From Octopus sinensis (Eukaryota), in contig NC_043003.1 in assembly GCF_006345805.1 (NCBI RefSeq), positions 54,188,001 to 54,252,000 of the forward strand: a stretch of DNA of 64,000 nt, read 5' to 3'. The stretch's first letter is position 1. Every line of letters begins with the position of its first letter. This document shows positions 25,760 to 39,444 of the stretch, piece after piece. A model generated the notes under the pieces. The model was not told the DNA's origin, searched no databases, and saw nothing but the letters and a program-made list of their open reading frames with translations. Both the position numbers and the translations under genes were made by a program.

Positions 25760-26220
25760 AGGTAGGGAGTTGAGCCCAAATGGCGCAAAGGAACGAAAAT
25801 TGATTCTTGTTAACGGTGTAGGTGGTAGTCCGTGTGGCCCTTGTGCAGAGACAGACCGAACACAGACAGGTGATGTAACGAATAACCGGTAGAGCGGCAG
25901 TGACATGAAACCGAGGTGTCATTGCTGAATCTGAACTGTCGGAGGTGCTCCGTGAAATGGTCAACCAGGTGGCGTCACATTTGACCAATGTACAGGGAAG
26001 GACAGAGAGAGCAGGTGATGCAGTGAATAAGATTACTGGGGGTGCAGATAAAGGAGTTGGTGATGTGATAGGGACGGTGTTGGGCGCCAGTGAAGATGGT
26101 GGGGTTAGAGAGGTAATAGCAGGTGCGACAGCGTGGGCAAGAGCAGAGGAAGACCAGAGGTCTGCAGATGGTGCCTGGGCGAGGGCAGCGGAGATAATAG
26201 AGATATCCATGTAGGATGAT
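25760..26220 (-). mobile_element. Penelope-like element, GIY-YIG endonuclease fragment
   Basis: A minus frame not in the ORF track reads CPRCRTCYYLSNPTIFTGAQHRPYHITNSFICTPSNLIHCITCSLCPSLYIGQM*RHLVDHFTEHLR..., giving the CxxC / NLI(Y)CITC / LYIGQ signature with stops. Confidence 0.85.
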
Positions 26221-26729
26221 GTGTGAGCATACGTGTGTGTATGTGTATAGAATGTTAGGTGTGGTGTACAGATATTGAATATTGAGAAAAATGGTCGCCA
26301 GAATTTTGGAAAAAAATGTTTTTACTTATTCATTATTATTTACGCTTTCGTTCTTTTCTCGAACTTGTCAAATAGAATTTTTTGTTCATTTATATAAAAC
26401 AAATTTTGGAGAGGGGTTATTTTTGTTTTTGGGGTGAGGTTCCATGACAATCGAGATAGATAGAAAGATAGGTAGGTAGATAGTTTGATAGATAACTAGA
26501 TAGATAGTCAGACAGATAGATTGATAGAAAAGTTGCGAGAGGAGAAGGGAGATCACCTTCCTCTCCCCCATTCATTTATTTATTTAGTCATTTACCATTG
26601 TATTCAAATGGGTTTAAAGATGGTGACCTCTTCAAGAAAAAAAAGATATGGTGTGGTCATCACTGAAAGTCTTTTTGCTTTCTTTCTCTCTTTTATCCCT
26701 TCTTCCTTTCTCTTTTTCTTTCGTTTTCT

Positions 26730-27335
26730 CCTCTTAGAATACAAAATGTACTGTCTCTGCTTTTCTTTCAAACATTGAATTTGGGAGAGAATTTCTTGAT
26801 GCAATGGAGCTCTGCATGAAAAAAACATTAGTACAATATCTATAAATTTTTAAAAAATATGTATATAGGCAAAACTAGAACACCCCAATGCTACTATGTT
26901 TATACCCGAACATTTGCAGAGATGAGAACATTTGGAATAAAAAATGCAAATTCTCCGCTTTACCTTCAAACATTCAATTTGTGTGTGTGTGCGTGTATGT
27001 GTGTGTGTTTGTGTGTGTATGTGTGTGTATGCTTGTGTGTGTGTATGTATGTTTGGGAATATGTCTATGTTTATACTGTGTAACTTCAATGTTTTGCATT
27101 TGAAAAACAAAGTCACGCTTCTTTCAAGTTCATGTTTTTCCATTAGAAAACATTAGTACAACACTTGCAAACTAGAAAAACACGCAATGCTCAGAACATC
27201 TCAATGCCACACATATACGCCTAAATATTTACAGAGATGAATATTATATTTCCAATATTTGAGTTATTCTTAGAATGCAAAATATACTGTCTCTGCTTTT
27301 CAATTTTGGAGAGAAATTTTTGATGAAACGTAGTG
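26730..27335 (-). repeat. Degenerate ~200-bp tandem units overlapping the Penelope ORF end (pseudo-LTR-like)
   Basis: ctgtctctgctttt...aattt(g)ggagagaa at ~26750 and ~27290; aaaacattagtacaa and aaactagaa at ~26822-26880 and ~27147-27178. Confidence 0.6.
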
Positions 27336-28700
27336 TCATTGCTTTTCGGTATTGCGGATTGTCACGTGCAAATTTGTAAAAGGAAAAAATTTTGAATTTT
27401 CCGTCGCTGCTTATTTCCAGATGCTTACTTAATGGAATCTTGTGCAATTCCTCTTGTCGGATATGCTGCCTGTAGATTCTTGCACGTTGGCGAAGGGAAT
27501 TATTTGTGTCGCCTATGTTACATAGTTTGGGCAGGTAATGCAGTATATAAGGTTTTGCGCTTTGCAATTCATATCTGCCTTTATTTTGAAAGGGATCCAC
27601 TCTTGAATTTTATGTGAGAAACACTTTATAATTATTTAAAGTTGTTGTTGTTGCATGTTCGCCATCTGTCTCCACATTCTTTTATTAAGAATTCTGATTC
27701 ATTCTCCGATTTGAATTCTGCCCTTGCGAGGTGGTTTTTAAGATATTTTGGTTGGCGTCTACTATTCTGTAAGGTATTTTTTTGCAATAAGATTTTTCAT
27801 TTTAGGGCTTTGTAAGAGTATAGGTAAGTTCGATTTTATGGCGTGAAAAATGTCGTTTATTCCAGGTCAGTGTGTGTTTTCATTAACTTTTTTCTTTAGG
27901 TGTCCGGAGTAGGGTGATGTTCAGTTTTATCGGATTTTTAATTCCCTCATTAATTAATCCTAAGGTGTATTTCTACATTGTGAGGAAGCCTTTGAGTTTG
28001 TTGAGTCGGATTTCATGTATTCTGAGGTCAGTCACTATAACACAGATGAACCTTGCCATGCTGTGTGGGATGTTTCTGTTAATGTGTAATGGATGACAAG
28101 AATAGAAATTTAAATATTGGTGTGTGTCAGTTTTTTTGTAAAATATGTCTGTTGTGACTGTGGAGTTCTGTATTTTTATGTGAATATCCAGGAATGGTAG
28201 TTCATTGCAACTGGATTATGTCGTGAATTTGATGGATGGGCGAAATGTATTCAGTATATTGTTAAATATACTTAGATCTTCAGTCGGTTTTTCCCAGAAA
28301 ATGAAGCAATTATCAAGGAAGCGTTTCCCCTTTTTAATGATATATTTCTTGTATTCCTGATCAAAAGCTTTTTCTACTTACTCCTGAAGTTTTTCTTCCA
28401 AGTATCCCATAACAAAGTTTGCTTATGAGGGCGCAAACCGCGTACACATAGTCGTACCCTTTATCTGTCGGTATGTTTTATTGTCGAATCTAAAGGTATT
28501 TTCCTCTAGTAGTAGGCGTGTGGCCTTGGTGATGAAGTCAGTCTTGAAGCGTGACCAATTTCCGCAGCACGCTTTCTCGTCAAATTAAATATAAATCTTG
28601 AAGTGAATCTAACGGTTTTTGTGTGTTTTTAATTGGCTTATAAGCACCTTCCACGCTGCAATTGTTTTCGTTCCAGCACACGATCTCAGATTAGGTCACT
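27290..28700 (-). mobile_element. Penelope-like element: decayed RT plus GIY-YIG
   Basis: Minus translations give ENTFRFDNKTYRQIKGTTMCTRFAPS*ANFVMGYLE; RFLDNCFIFW (DD changed to DN); LPFLDI; TDIFYKKTDTHQYLNFYSCHP; and NIGDTNNSLRQR...HIRQ...IPLSKHL. Confidence 0.9.
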
Positions 28701-28890
28701 TGCTATGCAAGTACATCTCAGTAATTACAATACAATTAATATATAATAAAGCTGAAGCAAGGGAACACCAAATATAAAGTGCGTGTGTTTTTATTGACTA
28801 AACTGGTAACACGAGCATTCCCATATACAACAATATCTGTTTCAACACAGGAATTCACATCAAGAATCTTGCAAAACGAATATATAAACG

Positions 28891-28924
<34 letters not shown>

Positions 28925-28967
28925 GTGTGTGTGTATGTGTATAGATACATGCACGCACAAATACGCA

Positions 28968-28998
<31 letters not shown>

Positions 28999-28999
<1 letters not shown>

Positions 29000-29330
29000 T
29001 GAGGGGATCCTGAAATGTTCCTAGCTATGGGTAACAGAAAATACAGGTGGATCAGTTAATTATGATTTTATTCAATATTTTCCCCTCTCAGATTCACACA
29101 CTTATTGCAGCGGTCCATCAGTTTTTCTAAGCCCTGTAAAAGAACTCGGAAGGTTGGACCTCCAACCAAACCTTTCGAGATGCCCTCAGTGCCTGGAAAT
29201 TATCAGCACACCGTCGTGTTTAAAACGTTGGTACAAAACCATTAATTTTGGAGTGTCGGTTTGGAGGTGCTCATAGATTACATCGAGCCCATTTCTTAAC
29301 AGATAATTTTTTTCCTATCGCTTCAGAAAG
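28999..29330 (-). mobile_element. Mariner 3' fragment with TIR
   Basis: TIR-like gaggggatcctgaaatgttcctagct. Minus-strand pieces VWLEVQPSEFF and GLEKLMDRCNKCV (across a frameshift) are typical of a mariner C-terminus. Confidence 0.7.
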
Positions 29331-29339
29331 AACGAATGG

Positions 29340-29710
29340 CAAATTCGACCGAAGCGGAATTTGAACTCAGAACATGAAGCCGGACAAAATGCCGCTAAGT
29401 ATTTTTCTAGGCAAGCTAACGATACTTATTTTTATTTTTATTTAATTTTTATTTATTTTTTGATTTTTAAAAATTCTTTCTTTATTTTTTTACTGACCAC
29501 AAGGGACTACACACAGAGGGGACAAACAAGGACAGACAAACGGATTAAGTCGATTACATCGACCCTAGTGCGTAACTGGTATTAAATTTATCGACTCCGA
29601 AAGGATGAAAGGTAAAGTCGACCTCGGTGGAATTTGAACCCAGAACGTAATGGCAGACGAAATACGGCTAAGCATTTCGCCCGGCGTGCTAACGATTTTG
29701 CCAGCTCGTT
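29340..29710 (-). mobile_element. SINE family B: a partial copy and a near-complete copy
   Basis: ccacaagggactacacacagaggggacaaacaagg...gctaacgattttgccagctcg. Confidence 0.85.
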
Positions 29711-30299
29711 TTCTTTACCTTGGTTATGTATATTGACACGCGTATATACTGTGCCAGATCTTATGTAAAATACATTATACAGTAAGTTCTTATTTTGTTT
29801 AAAATAAGGTAGATACAACGAAGGATCCAGGTAGTTTCGTTGTCATTTCTAGGAGAGCTAGTGACCAGTTAGATGTTTGTCGGTAAAGCAAAATATAAAT
29901 AAACAAACCATAAATGAAATATTGCGTTGACTTTTAGATTTTCTCTGAGATGATTATTTGATTGACCGATTGCCATTTCAAATATGGGACATGAGGAAAA
30001 TAAGAATGTCATTAGGTTGAAGATGGTTTGGCCTTCAATTTTTCTTTATCCTATATTCTTCGTTGGTCCACTGCGTTTGAGTGTGCTTGGTGTGGTACAT
30101 ATGTGTATGTGTGTTTATATGTGTTTATGCATAGCAGTTTGTGTGTGTGTGTGTGTGTCTCTCTCTCTCACACACACACGCACGCTCAAACACATCACAC
30201 ACACACACACAGACATACACACCCACCCTCTGTCTATGTACCTATTATTTATCTATTTACACACAGATACACCAACCCGACCAGACACACTCACCCAGC

Positions 30300-30830
30300 C
30301 GCGAAATTTTTCCCCACGAGAGTTCCGGACCCCAATAACGAACGCATTTGCATACAGCCAATCAGAGCTCATCTTGACCTTGTTGTTAAGTTAACAAACA
30401 CACTCTACCAAGTAAACTCCAGACGAAGAACAGTGTTACAAGTCTACCGATCGCCGAGTTATGCCTGATTTTAGAAGAAGACAAGTAATTAGATAGATTG
30501 CCATTTATACCTATTTACGGATTTTGTTAGGGCCCCATATGGTAAAGATATGGATGGGAAAATGGGGTTAGAGGGTGATGTGCTAGTAACCATCTCTCCT
30601 TACTGTTTTACAAAGTAAACAAGAACACAAATGACTACGCAGAGGCAGCCATGGTTGAAACAAGAACAAGAACAACAAGCATTATTAAAAGAGAAAAGAA
30701 GCATGGTCATTCCTTACCCAAGTGACCTTATCTTATCGCTCATCACTTGTTATACGCTCGTAAATTAGTTTGATAGTTGAGCTCTGATTCGCTGTATGCA
30801 GATCAATTCTCGTGGGAAAAATTTCGTCAC
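30300..30830. mobile_element. Non-autonomous element with ~50-70 bp imperfect inverted termini
   Basis: cgaaatttttccccacgagag...tgcatacagccaatcagagctc (30302-30370) aligns with the reverse complement of 30781-30827, allowing one ~21-bp gap. Confidence 0.65.
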
Positions 30831-30927
30831 TCAGCTAGATGCAACCCACCGGACTGGACACACTCACACTCGCCCAAGCGCAAACACACAGATACATGCA
30901 TATGCGCAAAGCTGCGAAGTACGCTAA

Positions 30928-30969
30928 ACACTTGTCCTAGGTACCGACTTCGGTACCTAGGACAAGTGT
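30928..30969. repeat. Perfect 42-bp palindrome (20-bp arms, 2-nt spacer)
   Basis: acacttgtcctaggtaccga-ct-tcggtacctaggacaagtgt. Confidence 0.95.
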
Positions 30970-31237
30970 CTTGTATTATAACCCAGATATAGCAATGTTA
31001 CGTGAACGAATTTAATAGAGAGGAGTTTTTTGAAACACATCATGAATATTCATGTGTATGTGTGTGTGTAATATGTATACTAATACAGAGTCGGGCGTGG
31101 CAGTGTGCTAAGAGGTTTACTTCCCAACCACGTGGTTCCAGGTTCATTTCCAATGTGCAAGTATCTCCTACTATAGCTTCGGACTGACGACAGACTTATG
31201 AGTAGATTTCGCAGATGAAAATGGAAAGCAGCCCGTC

Positions 31238-31304
<67 letters not shown>

Positions 31305-33518
31305 TATATATATATATATATATATATATTACTAGATTATTTTTCTTTTCTGACCTAAACAACTATATCAGAACTGTTTTGCTTGAACATGTCGGAAGTT
31401 TAGTTGTGAGAGTTTCACCAATATTTCATATTCTTAAATGTTTTGATGCATCCAATAACAGAGGATTTGTCAATATTTATCCAAAGCCGTCTTTTCAGCG
31501 GATGGTATTGTGCATGTTCTATTTTAAATGTTTTAAGAATAGCATGCATTAATTGGTTGTAGTATTTAAGGGCCAGTTTCTGAACATGTGTTATACTATC
31601 CACAGATGTGCGCAAAATTCAAATAATTTCTGTTTTTGCTGTTCATTATGCATTTTGTATCATTATTCCATTCCTGAACTACATAAACATAATCTTCGAA
31701 ATGTGGTGTTATATAATGGTTGTAAGTTCAAGACAGGCTACACTTTATAGGAAAATCGCCATGCTGAAGATTGCAGGAAACATGCATCTTCATAATATTT
31801 TTTTGCCATGCAGTATATTTTCTTTCTTGTTCTACTTTGAGATACACTGATATTAACTGTCTTTCGAGGAGTTCACTAGCAACGTTATTTTTAGGACGTT
31901 TTATCTTTTCACTTTCGAAGGATTGGTTTACGTATTCATTTCTTTCTGTCACTTGTTAGCAAATTCTAACCGAGTTAAATCATACACTCAAAAACTGTTT
32001 GTATTGCTTTTCTCCTTTATTCTGAGATAGTCCTTATCAATAGCACTGCTTCTGTAGAAGCTTCCAACTGTTGTTAGAACCTGACAGGTTTTAGTAAATA
32101 TGGAGTAGATTTCCTTGATAGACCAATCAATTATTCCTAATATCGGTATCAGTACAGCTACTGCAAGAGCACTATTGGGTATTGTCTTGTAATAGGAAAG
32201 CCTCGACTGCCATGTGTGTACGCACACATCAACGTCTACCTCTTTAAATCATTTCACTTCTTCCTACTAAGAAAATAAATTGCTAACAAACTAAAATAGA
32301 AATTACATCGCGGAATTTAGATAACAACAGCGGTGAATAATTATATATCAAGTTTTAGAAAATTCTTGCATCTTCTTAATGTTCGGCTTATAGATTGTCG
32401 CGCGTGTTAGCTGATCACTTCCAAACCAAAGCACTAACTTCTTCAGAGCACTTCTTAGACTGAGCGAAGACGAACCAGTGCGCTCAAAATGCTCTCTACA
32501 CAGCCACACGCTAGCTAATTTGTGTGTATAGAAAATGTGCATAGATGTGGGTACCTGATGTCTATGCATACGCGTCAGCTATGCGTATGTGTACGGCGAC
32601 ACCAGACGCCGACATGCTCGCATTCATATATCTGGTGTACACATACATATACGCGCAAAAACACAGACACACACGCGCATGCGTACACACACACGCATAT
32701 ACTCATATATGCACACACAAATAATAATATATATACGTACATATATACACACGTAGATATAAATGCACACGCATACACACACACACAGACACAAACACGC
32801 GGAGACGCCCAAACGCACACATATATACAACACAGTATGTATGTACATGTACACGCACCTCTAAACGCGCATATACACACACCTACACATACATTCGCTC
32901 ACATCTATGCGGGTGTGCATGCGCATAGCACCATGCACGTACTATTGTTTATATCATTATTTATATCATATCAAACGCCACGCATCCATTTACAAGTAAG
33001 TTATATCATAATAATTCTGATGCGCACTCTACAACTATCTGTATTATTATTCTTTCTTTCTGTTTTTCTTCTCCTCACCCCTTCACCGTTTTCTTTCCCA
33101 CTCTCCCTCACACTTCCTCCTTGACTCTCTCATTTCTCACACGTATCCAGCGGCTATCTTCTTTTTCCGCTTGCTTTACAAGAGGCAAGACACACTTTTG
33201 CCTGTCTCCTGTCAAAGCTCGTTTCTCCAGCGTTCATCACTTCACCTCGTTATGGCTCAACAGCCCAAACCATTTGTTTTTACCGTTTTTTTTCTTACTG
33301 TCCTACTTTTGTTACCACTTTAAATTTCCGCAAATCCCAAATTTTATTTAATTTGCTTTGCGGGAAAGAAGTTTTAACGAAGTCGAGTCTTGTCTCAACG
33401 TGGAGTAGATAAAATAGGGGACAACTGATTGAGAGATTGCTGTTTATGTTGCCTGTCTCGTTTCTCTATTTGTTTCCCTCGTTGTTCGGAAGAAAGTTCG
33501 TTTTCCATGTTTTTGTTT

Positions 33519-35395
<1,877 letters not shown>

Positions 35396-36801
35396 TTATT
35401 TCTCTTGTTGTTTGTGTATTGAACCCATTTGTTTTTGTATTTCATGTTGTTTACTGTTGGTGACGTCCTGTATTCATATATGCATGTGTTTATATGTATA
35501 TATACATGTGTTCGTGTGTGTGTATGTGTATATGCATATATATGTATTATTTGTATTATTATTTGATTAAACGCCACGCATCCATATCTAATTAAGTTTA
35601 TATATATGTATATATATACGTACTCACGTGTATGTATGTAATAATATGTATATATCCGTATATGCATGAGGTAATGCAGACTTCTTAACTACATAGTTAT
35701 GTCTGCGCCTAGGTACAAATATATTTCAAATTTAGAGAATGTATCTATAGGTTAAAAAGCAGTTTTCCATAATTTTCCCCATTCCCGTCAGTTGAGAAAG
35801 AAATGTTCACATCTGTAGGGTAACTTACCTCTATAAAGGTGTATGTATGTTTTTCTTTTTCGTCTTAAGGAATTACATCTGGCCCATTATGTTAAAATCA
35901 ATCAGAAGTTTTGATGGAAATGTTCTACCAATAAACATTTGTGTTGTAGCATTTGCTATCTATTTTTATCTATTTTTATTCAAGGACACTTTTTTTTCCC
36001 TGAACGCTCACAATGTGTAATATATTAATTATATTAGCATCGACTTCATGAAGCACTGGACGGTAGTAACTTAATTACATTTGTGGGCAGCTGATGATTA
36101 AATGTGACATAATTGACATTTTGCACGTATTTTATCAGGTTTAAGCATAAATGACTCATTTGTTCGATATGCACTTTTGAGTTATCACCTACTCTTGACT
36201 TCAAAAGTTTTACCTTCAAATGCGTCGTAATATTATCGAGTCCAAAAGAACCACACTCACTGTCGATATTACCTCCAGCTTTATGTTTATGGGAGATACG
36301 CGCATCTTTTATATGTACCCTTCATCTAATCTTGAATCTTTTCCTTGTGACATTCATTAGATTGTGGCCATGCTGGGGCACTGTCTTGAAAGATTTTAGT
36401 CAGCCACATTGACCTCAGTGCTTCTTTCATTTTTAAGCCTGGTACTTATTTCGTCGATATATTCTGCTGAATCACTAAATTACGGGAATGTAAACACACC
36501 AACTCACATAACTAAGGTGGATGTGAGGAATACGTAGCTGTAAGGAGAGAGGGAAAGGTTGCTTTTCTGCTGTCCATCACAAAGAAACAATCACACACAC
36601 ACACACATACATCCATCCATACGTGCATACATACATGTCTACTACATACCATTTTAAACTCGTGATTACCTGTAAGTTTTTAAATGTGTGTGTGTGTATG
36701 TGTGTGTGTGTATGTGTGTGTGTGTATGTGTGTGTGTGTTTTAGTGTGTGTGTATGTAACTGTCTGTCTCTCTACTTCTGTAGGGTCATCCTTGTTACTG
36801 T

Positions 36802-36867
<66 letters not shown>

Positions 36868-36889
36868 TAAATATACATATATATATACT

Positions 36890-37075
36890 ATTACTCTTTA
36901 CTCTTTTATTTGTTTGTCATTTGACTACGGCCATGCTGGAGCACCGCCTTTAGTCGAACAAATAGAGTCAAGGACTTATTCTTTGTAAGCCTAGTACTTA
37001 TTCTATCGGTCTCTTATGAGGAACCGCTAAATTACGGGGACGCAAACACACCAGCAAGCATTTTGACCTGGTCGA
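36890..37075 (-). mobile_element. SINE family A 3' half
   Basis: ttactcttttactc...tttgactacggccatgctggagcaccgcc...gggacgcaaacacacc. Confidence 0.85.
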
Positions 37076-37084
37076 TGAGACACT

Positions 37085-37680
37085 AAAAGAAAACACTAAA
37101 GTGTTAACGGGAGCGAAGATTAACCCGGAAAAGTCAGTGGACTTGCGGCTCAGTACCTGGAGAAGCAAGCCCATGCCGTCTAACAGCGTCTCCATCATAG
37201 GACACTGGACTGACGGACCGGTTAAATTGCTCGGGGTCTCGTTCGGTACAGATCTCCAAAAGAACTGGGACGAGATAACTAGTAGGGTAGCCACTCTCAC
37301 CCTGAAATGGGTTGAGAGGAAGCTATCGCTAAAAGGTCGGGCTGTGGTGGGGAATGCGTATATCGCATCGGTCATCTACTACCGTCTGACCATCGTGCCT
37401 TATGCCGACCTTAATACCACGAAACTGGACCGCATACTCTTCCGCTTTTTGTGGAAGGGAAACGTTCAAATAGTCAGGCGATCCATTTGCTGCGAACATC
37501 CGCTAAATGGAGGGCTGGGCATGCCGTGGTTGATGATGTGCAGACATGCGCTGAGACTGTGACACCTCCATCGTTTCATAGACATCTCCAAACGTTTTCG
37601 ATCCCTTTTGATCGTTTTCGGAAAGAAAAATTCTACAGTGTATTGTCCCCTCTCGGTTCGGTCCTTCGTCGCTAATAAAG
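37085..37680 (+). mobile_element. L1/Tx1-clade LINE ORF2 fragment (post-RT region) followed by (TATC)n
   Basis: GAKINPEKS; VKLLGV; RKLSLKGRAVVGNAYIASVIYYRL; LFRFLWKG; CCEHPLNGGLGMPWL. Confidence 0.85.
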
Positions 37681-37682
37681 AG

Positions 37683-37773
<91 letters not shown>

Positions 37774-37774
37774 C

Positions 37775-37811
<37 letters not shown>

Positions 37812-37939
37812 CAGACGCACAAATACGGGTAGCATATAAAAGCAAAACAAGGTGGTAAAAATAGTATCTGAATACCGAAAGTAGAGTAATATTATTTTGA
37901 TTGAAGCCGAAAAAAGTCTTCACAAAATATGGCTAAAGC

Positions 37940-38015
37940 TTCACGTTACTGTTCGTCGGACAGTTATGATCATAATTGTCCGACGAACGGTAACGTGAAA
38001 CCCTGAGTTACAATT
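37940..38015 (+). ncRNA. Type I hammerhead-like fold (37974-38015) preceded by its own inverted copy (60-bp palindrome 37940-37999)
   Basis: Reads AATTGT-CCGACGA-ACG gtaa CGT-GAAA-C cctga G-TT-ACAATT. Stem I is 6 bp, stem II carries a GNRA loop, and the core has U4C. The palindrome pairs 28 Watson-Crick plus 2 G-U positions. Confidence 0.65.
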
Positions 38016-38583
38016 TGTGAAGATTTTTCGAGTTTAATATAAGTAGGTACACGCGCGCGTACACACACACACATACACGGTATCAGCTATAATCTGTGTA
38101 TTTATATTTATATATGTATCTGTAAAATACATGGGGATACGGTGATAAATCACCTTAACTTGTGGTTCAACACTGGTATATTTATAAAGTCCCGAAAGAT
38201 ATCTATATCTCGTATATTAAAGATATTGAGATTGCCTGAAAGATTTATACGTATGTATAGAGTTGAAACTAGAAATATTTTAAAAGTTGTTTTCGAAGCA
38301 GTGTAATATTGAAATGCGTGACAACTTTTAATAAATAGAAATCTATAGGTTAAAAGAATAAATCTCCATATAGAAAATATTATGAATGAATTACTTAAAT
38401 AGATCAAATATAATGGATGAATTTACTTCTCAAAATGATGAACATTTTAAAATCCTATGCTAGAATCCACACATCTATTTAAAGCGTAAATGCGTAAATG
38501 TGAAATATAGCTTTACCTACATTCAAAGGAAGAATAAAATTTATATGCATATACATGTATAAATAGTATATAACATGAATGTG

Positions 38584-38680
<97 letters not shown>

Positions 38681-39245
38681 ACCATATCCAATAAGTTTTA
38701 GCAGTTGTAATTTAAAAGAGTATAACATTTTACTCAATTTTATTTATTCACTGGTATATCTGTATTGTCACGAATTCCATCTATTTTAATCACATGCTTT
38801 ATTTGAATTTTCCATATTGTTTTGCAATTTCGTCTTTCTCGCAGATTTTCACTGTTTTGGGTGTTACTTAATCTTCACTTCAGTTCTATCACTTTCAAGA
38901 CGAGCGGATACAATAATATATATTTATTATTTTAAGGTATATACTTCTTAAATTATACACCATTAAAGAACTTTTGCTCGTTGAAACATCATAAAGGAAT
39001 TATAATTATTCGATACTAGCGATGCTGTCACACTTTCGTTGCTATATAAAATAATAAAATAAGATAATAAAAAAGTTCAAATGCGCTACAAAATATAATC
39101 ATAAATACCATTATAAAAATACACTAAATGTGTATAGAAAAGAGCATGTAAGTTTTAAATAACTAATATGACACTATATTAATGCAATTTTTATATTCAA
39201 CACGCCATCCCAAGCAAAATATATTTTCAAAGAGCTACAAGATAT

Positions 39246-39395
39246 ACGCACAGGAGCAGCTGTGTGGGAAGAAGCTTGATTCCCAACCAGATGGTTCCGG
39301 GTTCAGTCCCACTGCGTGGCATCTTGTGCAAGCGTCTTTCACTATAGCCTCGGGTCAATTTGGTTGACGAAAACTGAAAGAATCCCGTCTTATAT
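39246..39395 (+). mobile_element. SINE family A 5' half
   Basis: cgcacaggagcagctgtgtgggaagaagcttgattcccaacc...cagtcccactgcgtggc...aatcccgtcttatat. Confidence 0.85.
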
Positions 39396-39444
39396 ATATA
39401 CCTGAAAAAGGAAAAGAATGACTTAAGGGTTTCACACATTTTTA

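Noticed and set aside
25731-26214. 159-aa minus ORF and 89-aa plus ORF as host genes
   Set aside because: They are alternative frames of the Penelope GIY-YIG remnant, which is recognisable in a third, interrupted frame.
30645-30725. Strong Kozak ATG (gcagccATGG) downstream of CCAAT and octamer motifs
   Set aside because: The ORF is only 24 codons with no convincing donor, and it lies inside a probable non-autonomous element.
31400-32230. Three consecutive minus-strand ORF fragments suggesting a decayed gene or transposase
   Set aside because: No motif could be recognised, so it cannot be classified without a profile search.
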